Position numbers and translations under genes: made by a program. From NCBI RefSeq assembly GCF_041146345.1, contig NW_027191414.1, positions 992,001 to 1,056,000 on the forward strand: 64,000 bases of DNA, read 5' to 3'. A model generated the notes under the pieces. The model saw nothing but the letters and a program-made list of their open reading frames with translations, searched no databases and was not told the DNA's origin. The DNA is from Neodothiora populina. Its lineage: Eukaryota. Shown here in pieces: positions 1 through 11,245 of this stretch (positions within the stretch are counted from its first letter, which is position 1; each line of letters begins with the position of its first letter).

Positions 1-516
1 GGTGATGCGCATGATTGAATGTGTGTCGTCGACTTTTTTCCTGCTCCGGATATGGAACTTATCCCAGCTTTAGTGATATACAAATATGGACTGAGACCTC
101 CGAACTTCTGATCGCTCGCCGCAACTCGAGGCGTCACGTGCAGTCTGATCATGCAGAAAGCCGCCAAGACGTTTCTCTGAATCATGACCCTATAATGCAT
201 CATCCATACCTACCTTACTACTCCTACTGAACCTACGAGCTACCTTACCCTACCTGCCAGAACTTCAATATATTGCTAGTGGTCACTTAATCCAATGTCT
301 TAATGTTGAGATCATCTCTGTGTCAACTCAGTACGTTACAGACATGATAAAACCAAAGACCAGTATTCATGGTCGAACCTCCCAAAACGCCAATCCGTAT
401 TCCAGACACTGTGCCAATGGGGTGACTCAATCCCCCGAGTCCTCCTGTTAATCTTAGACCACCGAGAGCCTTCATTACTCGTAGTCGTACAAATCCCCCC
501 GATGAGAAGACAAAAT

Positions 517-2977
517 CTAGTCGTGTCTGCCCCCACCCATTCTCTCAATGTTACTCATCATTTTGCTCTTACCAGCAGATGGTCTAGCTAGCCCTGAAGG
601 TCCACCCTTGCCAATTCTGCTACCTGCGCCTGGAGCACCAAATGCTGGAACCGATGGTCGAGGAGCCGAAGGTCTCTGGATGCTCTTTCTGAAGTCTTCA
701 ATAGCTGCAGGCGCGCCGTCTGTGGTCTGCAACAACAGCATTTCGTCGACCGCGGCAACGAGCTCGCCCTTCTCGATCCTTTCCTGCTCCAGCTCTTGAG
801 AAAGTCTGGTGTGCTGGGATTGGACTTCTCTCATCTCCTCTGCGAGTCCAGCAAGCTGTGCCTTTTGTTCATTGATCAATGCCATCTGTTCATCCATGAT
901 GGCGCGGCTGTCATCATGTGGTAGCACTCCAGAGAAGGTGTCGTCTTTCGCAACCTGCAACTCCTCGTTCTTGGTCATGAGGTCCTGGACTCTAGCCTGA
1001 AGCTCGGCGCATTTCTTCTCGCTACGCGCCTCGTATGACTTCTTGAGGGTAGCCACCTTGGTTTCGTGCTTCTTCTTATAGACAGCGTGCAGCTCGCGTG
1101 ACACAGCTTCTATCTTAGCATCGATACGAGCCTGTACCAATCGTTGCACTTCGTCTTCGTCAACACCGGCAACGGTGCCGTCGGCGTTTGGCACAGCGGC
1201 TCGAACGGATGCCAGCTGCGTCTCGAGATCCAAGATCCTGGCTTCTGCCTCGTCTGCGCGACGCCTGTCGTGGATTGCTTGGCTGGCCAGGTCGTCCTTC
1301 TCGGCTTCGCTACGCAGCACTTCCTCCTTCACGCTGTGCAACACCTTTTCTACCTCCTTGCCCCGCTTCTCCCACTCATCCTTCTCATTCTCTGCATACT
1401 CACGCTTACTCTTCTCGAATCGTGCTGCTTCGAGAGACTCGCCGACTCGGCGCTCTGCGTCAGCAATTGCCTTCTTCAGAGACTCGACTTCTGCCTCTCT
1501 GCCGGTCAAGGTAGCAGTCAGCGAAGAGATCTGCGATTGGTAGGTAGACTTCATGGACTCAAGCTCGCGCACGGAGATGCTAGGTATCGAGCGAGGCGTG
1601 GGAGCAGGTGGTAGTTCAAAATCAAGTAAGTTCATGAGGCTGTTTGTCTTCGCGGGCGTACTTTGCCTGCCGCTCCTTTTGGCTGGTGTTCGCTGGCTGT
1701 TCAAATATGACAGCAGATTGGGCTCGGTAGACGACTTCGTGGGCGAACGCTGGGTACCACGTTGGTGAGTATTGTTCGAGAAGCGCTCAATCTGCTGTGT
1801 GAAGTCGATGAGGAAGCTGTTGTTTGTCCTGTCCGTGGCCGGGGTCTTGAGACGGCGAGGCGTTGGAGATGGGGAGCGGTCCAAACTTGGCCTCTTCCTG
1901 GAAGGGCGTGGGGTAGCTTCGTCTACGGGTGTCTGCTGCGACACATTAGCCCTTCTTCGATGAGAAGAATCAAATAGCAGCCCATGATTGTTGACATACC
2001 ATGAAGCGTTCCTTAGCGGGGCTCTTCTTAGCGCTTTCGCCCAGCTTGGAGAACATGGTCATTTCAGGAAGCACCGAAAATTGACTGAAGCTGGTGTCAT
2101 CGATGTTAGTGTCGTCGATGAGGACAGAAGTCTCGTCAGCATCTGGAGCCATGGAGAGGTCTTCGCATTGTTTCTCGACGAATTCGGCCTCGGTGGATGA
2201 CGACGCGTCTCGGCTTCTGGGTAGAGGCGTCTCGATCGCTGCATTGTATGTTTTTCTAGGTGAAGCCAAACGCGCTGCTTTCTTGATGGTAGAAGGAGGA
2301 GGCATAGCCATTGCATCCGCATCACGAGAGCTTGGTCGAGAGCTTGCAGGAGGCGAAGGGGTGCGATTCGACACTCTAGGGGTGGGGCGAGCCTTGATAG
2401 GCGACGCCGATTTGCGTGGTGTTCCCTGGACGCGAAGGCTTGCAACAGCAGCTGCTTCACCCTCGATTTCCGAAGCGCCGTCGAAAGAGCCGTATGATAG
2501 AGAAGCCGTGAAAGCAGACTTCATCGGAGAAGACTTCGCGGGTGACTTGAACGGAGATTTCTTGGGCGAACTCCTCGCAGGCGTAGCGTGCGAGTTCTCT
2601 TTGTCGTCTACGCAATCCAGACGCTGGATCTTGCGAGGGGCACTCTCCGGCGTAGCAGGGTCCTCGAAGATAGCATCGATCTCTGTGCCGTTTCCAGTGT
2701 CCTGCGAAGGCATCTGATGGCCACTAACGAGCCGACTGGCAGTTAAATCATTGACGAACGGAGAACTGTTTGCGGTTCCCTGCTGCTGAGCAGCATCGTC
2801 GTCGCCGTAGTCGTCGTCCCAATCGATCAGCTCGCTCTGTTGTTTACTCGGACTGCTCGCGTGGTGTTCAATGAAACCACCCTTATCGGCACGATGAGCA
2901 GTCATGGGCGTGGTCTGGACATTCACCCGCGACTCATCGAGCGGCGATAGCGGACTCATTGTGGGCTTTGCTGCCAT
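517..2977 (-). CDS. Fungal TACC/Slk19-like coiled-coil spindle/kinetochore-associated protein (2 exons)
   Basis: ORFs 1970..2977 and 517..1944 join in frame via intron 1936..1999 (GTATGT donor, CTAAT branch, CAG acceptor; ...RFM|QTPV...). S/P-rich N-terminus, coiled coils, and motif SRELHAVYKKKHETKVATLKKSYEAR typical of the fungal TACC (Kinetocho_Slk19) domain. Confidence 0.75.
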
Positions 2978-3898
2978 TCACTGCTCTTGAGGCCTAAGAC
3001 GTTGTTATCAAACTGTTTGACAAAGCTCACTGCCAGCTTCCTGCAACACAGCAGAACATCAAGCTCACCGAAAGCAAGAGGAATGTAAGCAGGCGGTGGA
3101 CAAAAAGAAAGAGTCGCAAATGCAAATGCAAAAGTCAGGTCCCACTTCCGTTCGCCGTGTGTGTTGATGTCTGTAAACATTGCGCGTGCATGCATGCGGG
3201 CTTGATCGACAACACCCGTGCCGAAGCTTTTCCGCTTGTGGGCTTTGGCCCTGTGCCGCTCAGTCTTGACCCTGACCCTGATCCTGACCCTGGTTGCTTG
3301 TGTCTCAGATTGATGAATTATTGTAACCTCTCTAGCCGAGCGTGTATCTCGCCTTGGTGTACTACTGCAGAGCTCTGTACAAGGTCATGTTAATTCTGAC
3401 AGGATCAGCAGCGACGATTCGGACAATGGTAATATTGTTTGGTGCTGAGAGATTGTGGCTACTAGTAACATTTTGACCAAATCTTGAATACTGAGACTAA
3501 ATATACAGAGGTCAATCTGGTTACACAACTTTGACCTTGCATTATTGTGCACGACTTTCAGCAGACAGAATGCAAGACGAATCAACCTTCGTCATTGTAG
3601 CAATCACAGCCGAGCAAAGGACACTGGCTAAGTGACTCAACATTGCTCGTGCAGAATGACCTCTAGGTCTAATTTGACATGTTCTCCTGCTTCTTGCTAG
3701 ATGCACTTCGCGTGCAACATGTGCTCATACCATCTCTCATATACTCGTGGGGTATCTTATAAATCCCATATAAACCGTCTCAAACGCCGCCAAGTCCTGA
3801 ATGCAGACTATGTGAAGAAGATATCTTTCGACTACGCAGTCTCAAGTCAATGCATCCTTTGCTACTAGCTTCATGTGTCACCGTCAGAGGATTGAGTC

Positions 3899-6282
3899 CT
3901 ACCGCAGACTGGGCGCCCCTTCACCAGCGGGATTGCCGTGCCGAGCTCCGCGTTGTGACCTATTGCCGTTGGAGTGACGTGGAAATCTGGTCTTGTTCGA
4001 TGCAGGTGTCTGATCAGGACGCACGATAGGTGCATGCTGAGGGGAAATTGTGGGTTTGGACGACAGACCAAGCACAGGGAATGCTTCTGCATAAGGCTGA
4101 TTTTGCTTGACCGTCTCGACTGGTGCAGTCATTGCTGCCGGTGCTGTAGGTGGATTGGTTCTTATAACCTCAGCATCCTCGTCTAGCGCAGCAAGTAGTT
4201 CCCCATCGCGAGGATCGAGTCCTCTGCCAACAGCCTGGAGAATGCGCCAGCTTCGGCGAAACTCATCTCGAATAGCCACTATACCATTGTGGGTGACAGT
4301 ACGTGCAACATTATGGGTCAACTCAAATGGGTCTTCTATGGCGAAGAGATAGCGGTGACGGACTTCCTTATGCTGAGCAATGTTAGTTTGTGATGACAGT
4401 GCGAAGAGTTGAAGAATGCAAAGCTTACGTTGTCGCCGACTTCAGTCTTGGCACCTGTCCAGCCTTTCTCGTCCTTCCTGAGGATTCCACCAGGAGTACG
4501 AAGGCTGAGAACGTTCTGCATCCATATGAAGCCTTGTCCACCTGTCGATGCAAAGTACTGGAAGAAGCCGCGCAAAAGCACGCCTAGCGGCTCACGATTC
4601 TGCGTGATCAAGCCCCTTGCGGCTCTGTCCACAATGTCGTCCTCATCACCAAGAAAGCGAACATCCCATCCATCGAATGTTGTAGTCGGAAGGCCAGCTC
4701 TGGCTGCCTCTAGTTGTAGATTTGGTAGCACGGGAGGTTTTGCTATATTGACCAAGTAGTGGAGGACCATTAACACGTATCCGTACGAGGAGAGCGTGCC
4801 AGAGTAGGATGAATTTATCTTTCGATGCTTTGCCCATGTCTTGATAAACAAGACCATGGGTCTCACACGAGAGTCACATTTCGAGTAACAGCGAAGGAGC
4901 TTGGTGTTGAAAAGGCCTAAGGGATTGAAGAAGTTGATGTCACATTGTATTCCCACACCCTGCTTGGGGAAGTCCAGTGGGCCAGCAGCTCTTTCACGCT
5001 TCCACTGCTTACTACTACGCTGCTTCGCTGCTTCAGGAATGGGTGGCTGCAAATCGGTGGGCATCGCAGTACTGTCCGCAGCGACTTGATCGGGTGCAGG
5101 CGTATCCGGCTTTGGGTCAGAATCCAAGGACACTGATTTGATAGGCGAGTGATTGAGACCATGGCCGACCTTGCCTAGCTCTCTTTGACTTTCGAGCGGA
5201 GCAGCAGTCTGGACATCATCTTTGCTTGCAGTATCATTGTTAGCCGGGTTGGAAGATGTATACTTCTCCTCGTCTGGTAAAGCATCCCAACGTTCGCGCT
5301 CAGCCAACAATGCGTCAAGAAGCTCACGTGAAGGTGTCTCGCAGATTTTGATGATGGGCACACGAGTGCGTGTGAGTAAGCGTGCGCCGATGCCGAGATC
5401 GAGCAAGGCCCGCTCGAGGACTCTGGGTAGGCTGTTCTCATCCAAGGACAGGTGCTTCTGTTCAGCAGACGTGAGTGAATCTGTAACAATGGCCAAGTCC
5501 ATGTCGGAGCCAGTTGAAGCAAAGCCGGAGCTCAGACTGCCGAAGCTCTGTAATGTCACCGACGGAAGAACTTTGTCAGCGTGAGTCTCCTTGAGACCCT
5601 GGCATATCTGCTCAAGACGCAGACGAAATAGGTCCTTTGACGATATTTCTTCTTCACTCATCTCTACTCGGGCTACTTCTAGTGAGACCAAGCTGTCGAG
5701 ATACTGCGATTGTGCTTCAAATTGAGGGCCGGAGGGTCCATGCATGGGATGCGACTGTGGATGGTACAGCTGGGGCTGTCTGTGTTGCATACTGTGAGGT
5801 GATGCGCGATTAAAATGATTCGGATCGAGCTGAGCTCGGTTTGGAGCGGGCATAGGACCAGATCGTGTTGTATACGTATTGTTCATATGCACCGGACCAC
5901 CACGATTGCTGACATATGAAGGTCTCCCACGGCGATCCTGTGGGGATTGGGAGTAGTAGGAGTTTCCAGTCTGATTTGTAGAATTGGTATATTGTTGACG
6001 GGGATGAGAAGGGGGATGAGGATGATGGTGACCACCGCGCCATTCATAGGAAGAGCGGCCCCTCGCTGATGCGGCACCAGGAGGGTGATGATGTCTCGGT
6101 CCATATACTCCGGGATGATTAGGTGGCGACATTTGCCCGCCTGGCATGCGGCTACTTATGTCTGCTTGACCAGGCGCACTTACGGGTCCTTCGCCACCTC
6201 CCGCATCAGCATTCGTCAGAATCATGTTCCGAAGCTGGGCTTCCAGTGAAGCGTCCAAGTTATGCATACTCATGCCTGCCAT
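3899..6282 (-). CDS. Cid1/Cid13-family terminal nucleotidyltransferase (non-canonical PAP/TUTase), 2 exons
   Basis: Pol-beta NTase motifs FGSLSSGFASTGSDMDL, RVPIIK, QCDINF, GTLSSYGYVLMVLHYL. Intron 4373..4428 (GTAAGC...CTAAC...CAG) joins to HKEVRHRYLFAIEDPFELTHNVARTV (PAP-associated domain). Confidence 0.9.
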
Positions 6283-7283
6283 GATTCGTGGAAACGTGAT
6301 TGTTCAGTAGAAAGACGGAGGACTGTGATGGCTTGATCGTAATGGAAGGTACGATCACTGTTCCAGTCATGTGGAAAGGTGTGAGAGCTGGACGTTGGTC
6401 TCTCCTCATCTACGACAACACTTCATGTAGCACCGGCTTTCTGCAGTGCACATGTCAGAATTCGAGACGGGTTTGACAAGGAGATTGTTGTAGTGGCACA
6501 AGCCGATGACCTACTCCAATACGCTGAATATAGATACCTAGGTCATGAGGTAATGCGGAAGTTCACCTTTACTGGCACAGAGCACTTCCGTTGTATGGTC
6601 AAATACCTAGATCCTCCTTGCATACATCTCGATATTTACGTGGACCAATCATGATTATGGCAGTACCTTGGTCTTCTTCCCATCGATATACCTTACTGAA
6701 TTACACGTACATGTATGTCCTCCTTGGCACTAGGTGTGTTGCAACATGCGATTGATACCTTGGCAGATCAGACTTGGCACCAGCGGGGATAGGTGACTGC
6801 TGTCTACCTATCGTTCTCCTCTGCTGTAGGCGTGACGTGGGCCTTTCATATTCACTGTACGGTTCCGGCGATTAACCACCTTGGGAACTCATAATCAAGG
6901 CATTTTAAGTCATTGTTGAAATTCCACGAGTCTCATCGGAAAAGAAAGCTTGTGTCTCCGAGCCAGGTTCGTTGTTACTAATTAGCTATTATCTCGGTGT
7001 TCTCGCTTTGCCTTGTAGACATTGCACAACTTCGGTGTCACTGAAGCTGCCTGAGTCCGCTGCACCTTCCACATCGTAGCGCAACTCGATCTGTTCCTTC
7101 CTCACTGGACTCTCGGTTCAGCACCCTTCAGCGACGGCACCACCACCTCTTCCCAATCTCCGAACATAGCAAAGTCGACTGCGACACCTTTAGACTTGAT
7201 TTACATTTCGATCAATCAAGCACTTGTTACATAATAAGCGTGACCTCTATACATCCGCAAATCCATTACAAACCCTTGTCGCA

Positions 7284-9475
7284 ATGAGCGCATCACCTGC
7301 CGGTCCTCCTTCTGGACCTGCCTCGACCACTCCCAATGGCGGTCCTGTGCCGTTTCGACGCAGAAAGCCGACCGGCCCTTTTGCAGCAAAACCTAAGCCT
7401 GTGCAGCGACGTCCTCCAGGCCAAGTACCGTCCTCTGCTAAGGACGCAAATGGCCCCAAGACGGGTCCTGGTGCAGCAGTAGCAGCATCAGCATCAGCAT
7501 CAGCATCAGCAGCGCCTCCACCAACCGCTGCCGCCACCGCCAATCCTGATCCAGACGATGATCCTTCTCTCTACGAAGAGTTTTCTCTTCTCACGACCAA
7601 GAAGGCCTTGCTCGACGGCCTGCGCTACCATGTCATGCGCTTCAGCTCCGATCGCGAAGTGAATCCTTACAAGACCACCGGAAACCAGTTCCAGCGACCA
7701 GTCAGACTCCAACGTCGATTCCCTCACGATACGCCCCGACAGAACATACCAGATCCAGCAACCAACGAGGAGGATGACAAGGAGCGAGAAAAGGAAGCCG
7801 TGCGCAAAGCCGAAAGACAGGCTGAGCGCGAGGCGAATCAGGCCCAGATCGCACCCACAGACAAGACGGCTGCTGCGAAGAAACGCCAACCATTCAAGAA
7901 GAAGACAGAGGATGTTTACTTCCCAACCGACACCCCTGAAGCTCAGAAACGCGCAAAACTACGATATGAAGAGGGCCGTCCATGGCACCTCGAAGACTTC
8001 ACGGGAAAGAACACCTGGGTCGGCACTTACGAGGAACCACTGTCGGAGACACACGCCATGTTTGTTCTCGGCCAGAAGCAAGAGTTCAGAATGGTGCCCT
8101 TGGAGAAGTGGTATCGCTTCGCCCCGACCGCTCGCTACCAGACCATGAACCTCGACGAGGCTGAGACCATCATGAACAAGAAGGTCAAGACATCGAGATT
8201 CATGCGGGAAACGGAGGAACGAGGCTTGGAGAGGCAGCGCGCAGAGGCTATGCGTCAAGAGAAACTAAACAACAGAGGACGTGTAGGAGAGCGTGGCGAA
8301 CGACAGCGCAGTGCCGGCTTCGAAGATGGCGAAAAAATGGATGTGGCCAACGACGTCGATGAAATCGATTTTGAAGCCGACGAAGAGTTCCAGGACGACG
8401 AGGAGAACCCCTTGTTTGCAGAAGATGATGAAGGTAAGGAAGCAGAGCGGAAAATTAAGGAAGAGCGACACGGCGCGAACATCTTTGCTGGTGTCAAGGA
8501 GGAGAAGGATTGGTACGAAGAGGAAGAGCGCGAGAAGCGAGAAGCTGCCGAAGAGAGGAAAAAGGCCAAGAAGACGCGGAAGCATCTTATCAAGAGAGAA
8601 AAGAAGTACGAGTATGAGTCTGAGAGCGACCATCCGTACTCTGAGTCGGTAAGAACCATTGACCTTGTCTTCTTCCCTTCACTCACTCTTTCTGTCTCAT
8701 TCCATGCGCACGAGTCTGACCAAACCTGCAGAGCGAGTCCGAAGACTCGGAAGAAGAACGCACCAAGGCAGAGGAAGAGCGCAAGAAGGCCGAGGAAGCA
8801 GCCAAAGCAAACGGCGAATCGATCCCATCCGGCGCCACTTCCAAGGGCACAAACACACCCTCTGGCCGCCAGGAAAAGCACGGCGACGCTCTGCGCAACA
8901 AGTCATCCATTGCAAACCTCAAGAGACCCGGTTCACCAAACCTATCCGAAGCTAGCGGCAGCGAATCGACACACAAGCGGGTCAAGAAGGAGCATCGCTC
9001 GCGCAACGCCGGGCCAAGCGGCAGCATGTCTCGTAAGTGTCCCCTCTGCTCCACCTCACACACTTCAAAAACACACAACCACAACATTCTAACCTCCCCT
9101 CCAACAGCCAACGGCCTCCCCACACGCAACTTCGCCGGTTCAGGCAGCGACACCGAAACCTCGGGCAACGAAAAGCGCATCAAGAGACACCAACAGCACA
9201 ACAAAGTGATGTCGGGCTCGCCCCGCGACGAAGCAAACAACGGGACCCCAGCCAGCTCACGATCAGGCACGCCCGGCCCAGTGGCCGAAATGCCCACGGC
9301 AGACGAAGTCAGAGCCGTCGTTCCACCCGAGGGCATATCTATTCAGAACCTCATTGCTATCTTCAAACCTCGTATCCCGAAGCGCAAAGACGGCAGCAAG
9401 GATTTCGTTGCTATCGTCAAGGGCGTCGCTCATATGCGCGCCGGCGATCAGAGTGGATTGCTTTATTTGAAGTGA
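7284..9475 (+). CDS. TFG1: Transcription initiation factor TFIIF alpha (large) subunit, 3 exons
   Basis: ATG at 7284. Motifs YHVMRF, PVRLQRR, PWHLEDF, WVGTYE, FRMVPLEKWYRF, acidic/charged middle, C-terminal winged-helix-like segment. Introns 8649..8731 and 9033..9107 restore frame. Confidence 0.9.
7484..7510 (+). repeat. Coding hexamer microsatellite (GCATCA)n encoding an Ala-Ser repeat in TFIIF alpha
   Basis: Tandem GCATCA units read directly; protein reads ASASASASA. Confidence 0.8.
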
Positions 9476-9958
9476 GGATGAAGTTTCAAGACAGACAGAC
9501 AGACAGAGAGACAGAGACGAGGAAACTCGTGACTGGGGAAGGGGCTGGCCACACTTTTGGTCGTTTCTGCTTCTCCTTCCCATCAACCAGAGAAGCATTC
9601 ATTCAGACTGGTGCATGTCTATAAAGTCGGGTAGATTGCTTGATTTGGGATTGCACGATAGACAAGACAGACACAAAACGGACACATGAATCACGGCGAA
9701 CAGTCATATTGAACATAGTGGAATCGTTGTTTGTATTTTCCCTCGGGGAAAAACCCCCCAAAAGGTAGGATTAGCTGGAATAAAAAGCATTCTACCAATT
9801 TTATCACGCTCGCTTTTTTCCCCTCCTGATTTGATGTCTCCCTGTTTCATTCCCGTCTCTCTGATGTTATCATGACTGGAACAAGCCAAAAGAAGTAATA
9901 CAAGACTAGAAGCAATAAGAAAGAATACATGACTGGGGTGTCTCAAACGAATGACTGG

Positions 9959-11245
9959 TCATCCGATGCCTCCATCGTCATGTTTTCCATTCCCCCCATC
10001 CTTGTCAGAAGAACGCCATGAACGCCGCCCACGTGATGAATGCAAAACCAGACCCTCGAGCTCACCGTCGACAACCACCTCAGCTTGCTGGCCGAGCCTG
10101 CTCAAAAGCGCTAGACGGGCAGCGCTAGCATCCTCCTGTGACAGACCCTTCGCAAGAAAAGATTGCGCTGAAGTCTGGGACTGGAGGAGCTGAGAGAGGA
10201 AGCTCAGGAGCAAGGAAGGTGTTGTCGAGGTCGCTGAAGGGGCGGTTCGCACTCGTTGCAGTCGTTGAATCGTTGACGTTGTTGCTGTTGTTGTTGCTGG
10301 GGTTGCTCGTCGTCGTGTCGTTCGTGAAGAGGTCCGGGTTGAACATGTTGTCGAAGAAGTGGTCGAGGGGGAGATCGTCTCCATAGCTCTCGCCATATAG
10401 GCCGGCCATAGATGGCACGAAAGAGCCAGAAGCGTCTTGTAACATGTCATTATGTTCGTGTGCATCAGACACAGCATCATCCTTGCCCACCAGGCGTTGG
10501 CCAGCGTCTGGCTCGACCGACACTGCAGGTCGCACAACATTGCTGCAGAATGTCGTGTCTGGTCGAGATATTCAGAGGCTGGGACGGAGGGGGTGGGCAT
10601 GATGACGGAAGTGCATGGCGATTCGGCCTTGATGAAGGGAGTATGCGCATCGTTGCCGGGGGACGAGGCAGAGAGAGAGGCGCGGGGATCGATGGTATCG
10701 ATCGAGGAGGCGGGCGTGTCGGGGTAAGCGTCAACCTTCATCTCCGGGATCTCAAAGTTCACGGCGGCGAAGTCCTCGGCCGAGAGGGTGGGTAGAGCGT
10801 TGGGGACAAGGCGCTGGTATTCCTGAAGCCTGGCGCTCTGTCGAAGGAGGTGTTGCTGCATCATGGCGAGCCGGTGCTTGAGGTGGTGGTTCTCAACCTC
10901 AAGACGCTCAGCCTCGACGCGCTTGCGCTCCCTCGAGTTGTGGGCGGCGGCACGGTTGCGCTTGATGCGTTCGATGCGACGCTGTTCCTTCTCGTCCTCG
11001 GTCTTGGCTCGCTTTCGGGGCGGTAGGCTGGTCTTGGGCTCTGGGAGAGCCTGTCCCCATGACTTCCGCTTCTTGGGCTGCTTGGCCGCCGATGATTGTG
11101 GAAGGAGGAGAGTGTCTGGGGCGGGCGACGTCATGTCTAGAGAGAAGTCGTTCATGTTGAGTAGAGCTGGTGAGGGAGTCATGGATGTCGAGGGCGACGA
11201 CCCCGGGGCGTCGATGGTATAAGTAGAAGTGGTAGCCTGCTCCAT
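9959..11245 (-). CDS. hacA: UPR bZIP transcription factor HacA/Hac1; unspliced form 428 aa (stop 9959), Ire1-spliced form about 366 aa (stop 10125)
   Basis: Signature KKRKSWGQALPEPKTSLPPRKRAKTEDEKEQRRIERIKRNRAAAHNSRERKR plus leucine zipper, and HSAAMLCDLQC at the unconventional splice region. Confidence 0.97.
   Translation of the reverse strand: MEQATTSTYTIDAPGSSPSTSMTPSPALLNMNDFSLDMTSPAPDTLLLPQSSAAKQPKKRKSWGQALPEPKTSLPPRKRAKTEDEKEQRRIERIKRNRAAAHNSRERKRVEAERLEVENHHLKHRLAMMQQHLLRQSARLQEYQRLVPNALPTLSAEDFAAVNFEIPEMKVDAYPDTPASSIDTIDPRASLSASSPGNDAHTPFIKAESPCTSVIMPTPSVPASEYLDQTRHSAAMLCDLQCRSSQTLANAWWARMMLCLMHTNIMTCYKTLLALSCHLWPAYMARAMETISPSTTSSTTCSTRTSSRTTRRRATPATTTATTSTIQRLQRVRTAPSATSTTPSLLLSFLSQLLQSQTSAQSFLAKGLSQEDASAARLALLSRLGQQAEVVVDGELEGLVLHSSRGRRSWRSSDKDGGNGKHDDGGIG
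10526..10545 (-). other. 20-nt unconventional (Ire1-cleaved) intron of hacA
   Basis: Minus strand CATTCTG^CAGCAATGTTGTGCGACCTG^CAGTGTCG. Two CTGCAG sites exactly 20 nt apart, each in a 7-nt hairpin loop. Removal shifts to the frame of ORF 10125..10535 (HSAVSVEPDAGQR...). Confidence 0.95.
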
